NCBI RefSeq assembly: GCF_006345805.1 | Contig: NW_021826038.1 | Span: 1-13,993, forward strand | Direction: 5' to 3' | Length of the DNA stretch: 13,993 nt | From: Octopus sinensis | Lineage: Eukaryota | Shown here: positions 8,354-13,993 of the stretch, one piece after another | How the letters are laid out: each line of letters opens with the position of its first letter | How positions within the stretch are numbered: the stretch's first letter is position 1 | Program-made: the position numbers and the translations under genes | The notes under the pieces: generated by a model | The model's input: only the letters and a program-made list of their open reading frames with translations | What the model was told of the DNA's origin: nothing | Databases searched by the model: none

Positions 8354-9419
8354 TAATGACCTGTAGGGACACCGTATTTCGTTATGCAGCCATATGCTAC
8401 AAAGTATATTAATGCGCTTATGTAATAGCACTGTTAACATGGGAGAACATGGTAGAATAACATGGGAGAACATGGTAGAATAACATGGTAGAACATCGTA
8501 GAATAACATAGTAGAACATCGTAGAATAACATGGTAGAACATCGTAGAATAACATGGTAGAACATGGTAGAATAACATGGGAGAACATGGTAGAATATCA
8601 TGGTAGAACATGGTAGAATAACATGGTAGAACGTGGTAGAATAACATGGTAGAACATGGTAGAATAACATGGGAGAATATCATGGTAGAACATGGTAGAA
8701 TAACATGGTAGAACATGGTAGAATAACATAGTTGAACGTGGTAGAATAACATGGGAGAACAGGGTAGAATAACATAGTAGAACGTGGTAGAATAACATGG
8801 GAGACCTGGTAGAATAACATGGGAGAACATGGGAGAATAACATGGGAGAACATGGTAGAATAACATGGGAAAACATGGTAGAATAACATGGTAGAACATG
8901 GTAGAATAACATGGGAGAACATGGTAGAATAACATGGGAGAACGTGGTAGAATAATATGGGATAACGTAGTAGAATAACATGGTAGAACATGGTAGAATA
9001 ACATAGTAGAACGAGGTAGAATAACATGGGAGACCATGGTAGAATAACATAGTAGAACATGGTAGAATAACATAGTAGAACGTGGTAGAATAACATGAGA
9101 GACCACGGTAGAATAACATAGTAGAACATGGTAGAATAACATGGGAGAACATGGTAGAATAACATAGTAGAACGTGGTAGAATAACATGGGAGAACATGG
9201 TAGAATAACATAGTAGAACGTGGTAGAATAACATGGGAGACCGTGATAGAATAACATGGGAGAACATGGGAGAATAACATGGGAGAACATGGTAGAATAA
9301 CATGGGAGAACATGATAGAATAACATGGTAGGACACAGCATTGACTTATAAAAGCGTTTAGCAAAATCAGTGATGATTATAATTTCCTAGAAAATCCTCG
9401 GAGATAATCTTGACAAGTG
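8354..9419. mobile_element. 1,066-bp insertion of unknown class flanked by a 12-bp TSD
   Basis: ATCCTTACCTAT at 8342-8353 and 9420-9431; removing the insert and one copy restores PILTYGHEGW. Confidence 0.85.
8438..9331. repeat. 23-bp minisatellite (10+13-bp subunits), 38 full units plus partials
   Basis: CATG(G/A)(T/G)AGAA + C(A/G)TGGTAGAATAA; one lone 13-mer at 8668-8680 and one 22-bp unit at 8796-8817. Confidence 0.97.
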
Positions 9420-9637
9420 ATCCTTACCTATGGTCATGAAGGTTGGGTAACAACCGAAAGAGTACGACTGCGAGTGCAAGCGGCCGAAATCAGGTCTCTC
9501 CGAGAATCTCTGGAGTAATATTACTCAACAGGGTACGATTCCTGAAGATCAGGAATTCTGTCCAGATCGAACCCCTACTTCACCGCATTGAGAGGTTGTA
9601 GTTCCGGTATTATTGACATGTGATTAGAATGTGACAG
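9420..9637 (+). mobile_element. Degenerate RTE-clade LINE RT C-terminal fragment, right part
   Basis: ILTYGHEGWVTTERVRLRVQAAEIRSLR, then -1 shift to RISGVILLNRVRFLKIRNSVQIEPLLHRIERL*FRYY*HVIRM. Matches the recalled RTE pattern LTYGHE.W..TER.R.R.QAAEM.FLR..IEPLLLRIERSQLRW.GH..RM. Confidence 0.92.
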
Positions 9638-9940
9638 ATAGTGAAGATAGAAGAATAGACACGCGGAAAATTTTTCTATGCCTCTACACAGAACTGATGT
9701 ATAAAGATCAAAATATATATCTACAGTAATTAAGAGTTCAATTGATAAAATATCGTTAAACTCAAAAACAATGTTAAAACATTAAACGATATTGTATTTC
9801 ATTCAAAGAGATGTAGAGAATAATTAGATTATGAACTACATGTGAAATTTATGCTTTTCTGCATTTTACTCTGAATATGTCACATCTCATTTACATATTA
9901 ACACAAAAGTAACTACCTACATTAGTGCAACGCTCCAGAG

Positions 9941-10012
9941 TATGGAACAAAATCGAAGACATAAATTTACTTGATAAACTTGATAAACTATGGAACACAA
10001 TCGAAGATATAA
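9941..10012. repeat. Short direct repeat, 24 bp x2 with 48-bp period
   Basis: TATGGAACA[A/C]AATCGAAGA[C/T]ATAA at 9941 and 9989; spacer contains ACTTGATAA twice. Confidence 0.8.
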
Positions 10013-10039
10013 TATTTGAGATAATAACATGCGTGTTTG

Positions 10040-10072
<33 letters not shown>

Positions 10073-10073
<1 letters not shown>

Positions 10074-10352
10074 ACTTATAAACAAGGGCAAAAGAAAATT
10101 AATTTCTATGCCAATATGCTGATAACAGACTTTTAAATCGTCAATTTCCACATATTATATACCCGCTACAGAATTACGTTGTGCTGAAATCGAGGAAAGC
10201 TAGCCAACAGCATTTTTTTTAAATGTTCGTTATTTCATCAAAAAAGTGGCTGCATATTAAAATACCTTTAAGGTTAAAATTATAAACAACTTATAAAAAG
10301 GGCAAAAGAAAATTAATTTCTATGCCATATGCTGATAACAGACTTTTAAATC
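10073..10352. repeat. 67/65-bp direct repeats separated by 148 bp
   Basis: 10073-10139 and 10288-10352 differ only by two 1-bp indels. Confidence 0.92.
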
Positions 10353-10453
10353 TCTCTCTCTCTCTCTCTCTCTAGATATATATATATATATATATATATC
10401 TATATATATTAATATATATTATATATATATATATATATATAATATATATATAT
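10351..10453. repeat. (TC)n-(TA)n compound microsatellite
   Basis: Direct reading. Confidence 0.95.
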
Positions 10454-10510
10454 AAGGAGAAACAAGCAATAATACATCTCTGAGCGAGAAATAAACAGTA
10501 GCAGCACGGA

Positions 10511-10643
10511 ATCGTGAAGTATATTTGCCACCTAAATATATCATTAGCCAGATGAATGAGGTGTCTTCCTGTGGCTATACAAACAGTAGCGTCGTCCCCT
10601 ATGGTATGTCTGCTACATTTACGTGGCAAATGTACTTCGCGAT
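10511..10643. mobile_element. Possible MITE / foldback with 27-bp inverted repeats
   Basis: 10511-10537 versus the reverse complement of 10617-10643: 24/27 identical; no TSD seen. Confidence 0.55.
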
Positions 10644-10644
10644 A

Positions 10645-10664
10645 TTATATATATATATATATAT

Positions 10665-10695
<31 letters not shown>
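10645..10695. repeat. (TA)n microsatellite
   Basis: Direct reading. Confidence 0.95.
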
Positions 10696-10698
<3 letters not shown>

Positions 10699-10701
10699 TA
10701 T

Positions 10702-10767
10702 GTTTTCCAGTTTCAGCTCTTGAACTGTGGCCATGCTGGGGCACCGCCATTGTTGGGGCACCGCCAT
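10702..10767 (-). mobile_element. Orphan SINE/LINE 3' tail with internal 17-bp duplication
   Basis: Minus strand GGCGGTGCCCCAGCATGGCCACAGTTCAAGAGCTGAAACTGGAAAA; TGGGGCACCGCCAT at 10737 and 10754. Confidence 0.75.
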
Positions 10768-10877
10768 ATATATATATATATAACGGGAAAGTTTACGAAA
10801 ATAAACAAAGACGAAGGCAGGTAGAGTACAAACAAACAAATGTATTAGTATAGCGCTCAGGAATAGAAATAGAAAAA

Positions 10878-10915
10878 GTCTTTACGTTTCGAGCTTACGC
10901 TCTTCGACAGAAAGA
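10878..10915 (-). ncRNA. Minimal type-I hammerhead-like motif, non-canonical core (possibly Penelope-like element remnant)
   Basis: TCTTT-CTGTCGA-A-GAGC-GTAA-GCTC-GAAAC-GT-AAAGAC; core CUGUCGA instead of CUGANGA. Confidence 0.45.
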
Positions 10916-11216
10916 TACACAGAAAAAAAGGCAAGGAGAGAAAAAAATGCGTGTAGGAGCTAACGATCTATCAATATATATATATATATATCTCTATATA
11001 TATATATCTATATTATTCTGCTAAAATGAATTCCCAGAAACACATATAGCATCCAAAGGTACAGCTTTTCCCTGCTGATGATATTATGGTTATGTTGCAA
11101 AATGTAAATTTAATGTTTATTGAGTATTAATTGAAACGGCTGTAGTGAAGATCAATTGTGTGTAATAATAAACAATTATTAACTTCCTAATCTCAATTTT
11201 CTTCTCCTTTAAATGT

Positions 11217-11344
11217 ATATATATATATAGTACATTATACATATATAGATATATATATATATATATATAGATATATATATAATATATATATATACTATAT
11301 ATATTACATATCACATATATATACATATATATATACATATATAT
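11217..11344. repeat. (TA)n microsatellite, degenerate
   Basis: Direct reading. Confidence 0.93.
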
Positions 11345-11347
11345 AAA

Positions 11348-11483
11348 GTCGTCAGCATGCCGGAAAAGAAGCTTAGCGGCAATTCGCTACCATTCTTTCT
11401 AAGTTCGAATTCCTTCGAGGGTCAATTTTGGCTTTCATCCTTTTCACAGTCGATGAAATAAATACCAGTCGATAAGTTGGGGT
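11348..11483 (+). mobile_element. Diverged, truncated SINE B
   Basis: AGCATGCCGG..GCTTAGCGG..AAGTTCGAATTCC..GGCTTTCATCCTTT..GTCGATGAAATAAATACCAGT. Confidence 0.75.
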
Positions 11484-11740
11484 AATTGTGAGGGCCCTGG
11501 GTGGGTACCACCCGTGATTAAGTATGTGGAGGGATGGAAGTTGTGCTGAAATGATGTTTCCTTGAAACGAGTGGCATTTGTATTTTGTTGCTGTTAAAGG
11601 AAACAAGATTGATAAAAATCGGTTGGAGAAATCCTTACGAGATATCTCTTCGGAATGTTTGTGTGTGTTTTACGATGACAGAGCAAGAATTGAACTAACA
11701 TCGCGGACAGTCGGAATAAATGTCGTGGCAGACAGAGACA

Positions 11741-11793
11741 GGTAGGTAGGTAGGTAGGTGGGTAGGTAGGTAGGTAGATAGGTAGGTAGGTAG
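11741..11793. repeat. (GGTA)n microsatellite
   Basis: Direct reading. Confidence 0.95.
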
Positions 11794-11806
11794 AACACTG
11801 TAATAT

Positions 11807-12020
11807 CGGTTTCAAATTTTAGCACAAGGCCAGAAATTTCAGGGGATGGGGTTAGTTGATGACCTCGACCCCCAACTTTTAACTGGTACTTATTTAATCG
11901 ACCTCGAAAGGATGAAAGGCAAAGATGACCTAGGCGGAATTTGAACTCAGAACGGAAAGATGAACGAAATGTCATTAAACATTTAGTCCGGCGCAGTAAC
12001 GAATCTGACAGCTCACCGTC
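11807..12020 (-). mobile_element. SINE family B, single unit, diverged
   Basis: Minus strand GACGGTGAGCTGTCAG..GAGTTCAAATTCCGCC..TTTGCCTTTCATCCTTTCGAGGTCGA..GGCCTTGTGCTAAAATTTGAAACC; CTGTAATAT at 11798-11806 and 12031-12039 may be a TSD remnant. Confidence 0.88.
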
Positions 12021-12182
12021 TTATAAGACTCTGTAATATTATAATCAAAGATAAATGAATTCGTTAGTTAGTTGAACATCTCGTCCATATATATATTAGA
12101 TTCAATCCGTCGCCATATTTAAGGCCACTACATGGCACTTGGAGTAGCTTTGGCGAAGAATACTATATAAAGTCTAACCCTT

Positions 12183-12582
12183 GACCTCGTCGTGGTGGGG
12201 AAGTTAAACGAGTGAATGTCAGAGTTATGCCGTCGGAGACTTCGAGTCCCTGGTAAGGTCACCCAAGGCGGACAGGTCTGATACCCGCGGTGCTAGGGCT
12301 GCAACCCGGCTAACTGTAAGGCAATGGGGAATTCCAGGTGGCGCCTGTTCCGGAACCTGAAGGCTTCCTGGTGGCGTTGTATCGCGTCTGCGGGCATCCT
12401 GAGGTGTGAAGGTGTAACACGAGGACGACCAGCCACCGGTCGTGTACGGTGGCTAGCGAATACTAACGGAAACTGTTTTCACGGATTCTGGTCATCCCTT
12501 GAAACTGCTATGAACTCACAATATGGGAACATGCTTAAGCCCTCTCGGGTGAATGCCGACTAAGAAAGAAAGAGAAAAGAAG
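12183..12582 (+). mobile_element. GC-rich ~400-bp element, probably a non-autonomous RTE-related retroelement
   Basis: CCTCGTCGTGGTGGGG..AGTTATGCC..GGTCACCCAAGGCGGACAGGTC resembles the RTE/Bov-B 5' UTR block as I recall it; ends in an AAGAAAGAAAGAGAAAAGAAG tail. Confidence 0.5.
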
Positions 12583-12699
12583 TACACTATACTACAACCA
12601 TTCAGTTAATTTAAACATTCTGATAATAACTTCTATCCTTATCCTCCCTAGTCTTCGAAACCCTAAGAAATGTCACGGGTGTTGATCTACAAAATAATT

Positions 12700-13004
12700 T
12701 CAGTGAATTTGTTTATGAAAACTATGTCCGACATGTTTTCGTCGTCTGCGATAATGATTGATGGTTATTATAGGAAGAGATCCTCTGTTATATTGATTTA
12801 ATGTTAAGATATCTTGTTGTTTGATCAAATGAGAACTTCCATGATTAATGTAAGCTTCGGGTCATTGAATCCGAGTGAAATTTAAGTCGCCAATTAATAT
12901 TGATATAATGTTAGTTTGAAGAAGCTTCAAATTTTCGTAGCCATTTTGGATCTGTCTGAGATATGCCTTGGTGTGAATCTCGAGTCGGGAGGTCGGAAAA
13001 TGAT
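12700..13004 (-). pseudogene. Eroded CR1/L2-type LINE apurinic endonuclease fragment
   Basis: Ordered motifs across frameshifts: IIFRPPDS (about 13004-12981), ILIGDLNFTRIQ* (GDLN in 12894-12877), ENMSDIVFIN (12737-12711). Compare YRPP, GDFN.P.IDW and N.LDLVFTN; spacing about 34 and 47 codons. Confidence 0.65.
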
Positions 13005-13051
13005 ATTTATCATTAAGCTATAATTACAGACCTTCGCACAAGCTCACGATT

Positions 13052-13066
13052 ACACATACACACACG

Positions 13067-13101
<35 letters not shown>

Positions 13102-13120
13102 CACACACACACACACATAC
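13052..13120. repeat. (CA)n microsatellite
   Basis: Direct reading. Confidence 0.95.
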
Positions 13121-13295
13121 AGGATATTCTTATAAGAATCATGTTAGCTGTGGGGGTTTCCATTTCAAATACAGAGCCGTTCCGCCATGCACTACGATTT
13201 TGTTGTCACTTCTCTGCGTTATAAAAGTCTGGTGTATTGCATGTCATCGTTGTTATACAAGTTTCACTCCTCGCGCACAAACACACACACACCAC

Positions 13296-13296
<1 letters not shown>

Positions 13297-13370
<74 letters not shown>

Positions 13371-13427
13371 AATATATATATATATATATCTATATATATA
13401 TATATATATATAATATATATATATATA
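13297..13427. repeat. (TA)n microsatellite
   Basis: Direct reading. Confidence 0.97.
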
Positions 13428-13812
13428 CTCTTTATTTCTTTTACTTGTTTCAGTCACTTGGCTGCGGCTATGCTAGAGCACCACCTTCAGTCGAACAAAT
13501 CGATCCCAAGACTTATTTTCTGTATGCGTAGTACTTATTCTATCGGTTTCTTTTGACGAACCGCTAAGTTACGGGGTCGTCAACACACAAACATCGGTTG
13601 TCGAGCGATGGTGGGGGTAAACACAGACACACAAACGTATATGCATAGATATATACGACAGGCTTCTTTCAGTTTCCGTCTACCAGATCCACTCATAAGG
13701 CCTTGGTCGGCCCGAAGCTATAGTAAAAGACACTTGCCCGTGGTGCAACGCAGTGGGACTGAACCCGGAACCATGTGGTTGGGAAGCAAGCTTCATACCA
13801 CACAGACACACA
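13427..13812 (-). mobile_element. SINE family C, near full length
   Basis: Minus strand GTCTGTGTGGTATGAAGCTTGCTTCCCAACCACATGGTTCCGGGTTCAGTCCC..tail CTAGCATAGCCGCAGCCAAGTGACTGAAACAAGTAAAAGAAATAAA; colinear with 2525-2866. Confidence 0.92.
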
Positions 13813-13993
13813 TAAACCTTTATATAATTGGTAAGAATACGTCAGAAAAAGGGCGTATAATAGATACAGGCAATAAGTGCTGAAACCGGAAGATACCTAA
13901 GACCCAATGGCAAATGAAGGGTGACGGAGTCCAAATAGATAAGAGTTGGTTACATACACCGAATCGATCGAGCTAAAGAAAGTTTAATGCGGT

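Noticed and set aside
8161-8412. 83-aa ORF as an intact gene
   Set aside because: It is part of a frameshifted, stop-containing, interrupted RTE RT remnant.
8445-8460. Transcription-factor sites in the 23-mer (AGAACA half-sites, nGAAn heat-shock units, CATG p53 core)
   Set aside because: Only half-sites; no inverted partner or correct flanks, so no complete element.
8438-9331. CRISPR array
   Set aside because: Units are contiguous with no unique spacers; eukaryotic context; no cas genes. The same applies to 1955-2524.
8321-9364. 347-aa ORF (and the 218/247-aa overlaps) as a real CDS
   Set aside because: Produced by a stop-free 23-bp repeat; the longest starts at TTG, and frame-shifting unit variants are tolerated.
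8354-9419. Terminal inverted repeats or LTRs on the array-bearing insert
   Set aside because: The left end (TAATGACCTG) does not match the reverse complement of the right end (CACTTGTCAA). The patchy direct similarity (GTAGGGACACC versus GTAGGACACAG) is too weak to call LTRs.
12324-12563. 79-aa ORF as a gene
   Set aside because: No recognisable motif; a long frame is expected in a GC-rich repeat.

Overview
AT-rich eukaryotic, repeat-dominated DNA with no recognisable host protein-coding exon. The SINE families and dense (TA)n/(CA)n/(TAGA)n microsatellites look like Octopus (cephalopod) intergenic or intronic DNA; this taxon call is from recalled repeat families, not a search. The window holds about a dozen copies or fragments of three tRNA-headed SINE families (working labels A, B, C), a dead RTE-clade (Rex3/Expander-like) RT fragment, an eroded CR1/L2-like endonuclease fragment and two large minisatellites. 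The most notable structures are: (i) a 1,066-bp insert, mostly a 23-bp tandem array, that splits the RTE frame between exact 12-bp direct repeats; (ii) a 30 x 19-bp array built from the 5' A-box end of a SINE, with a 133-bp higher-order repeat; (iii) SINE B copies with 1, 2 or 3 internal 184-bp units; (iv) a minimal hammerhead-like motif; (v) a tRNA-like unit with a T5 terminator between 30-bp direct repeats. Nearly all ORFs in the supplied track are repeat artefacts. I cannot claim a new biological system, only candidates.
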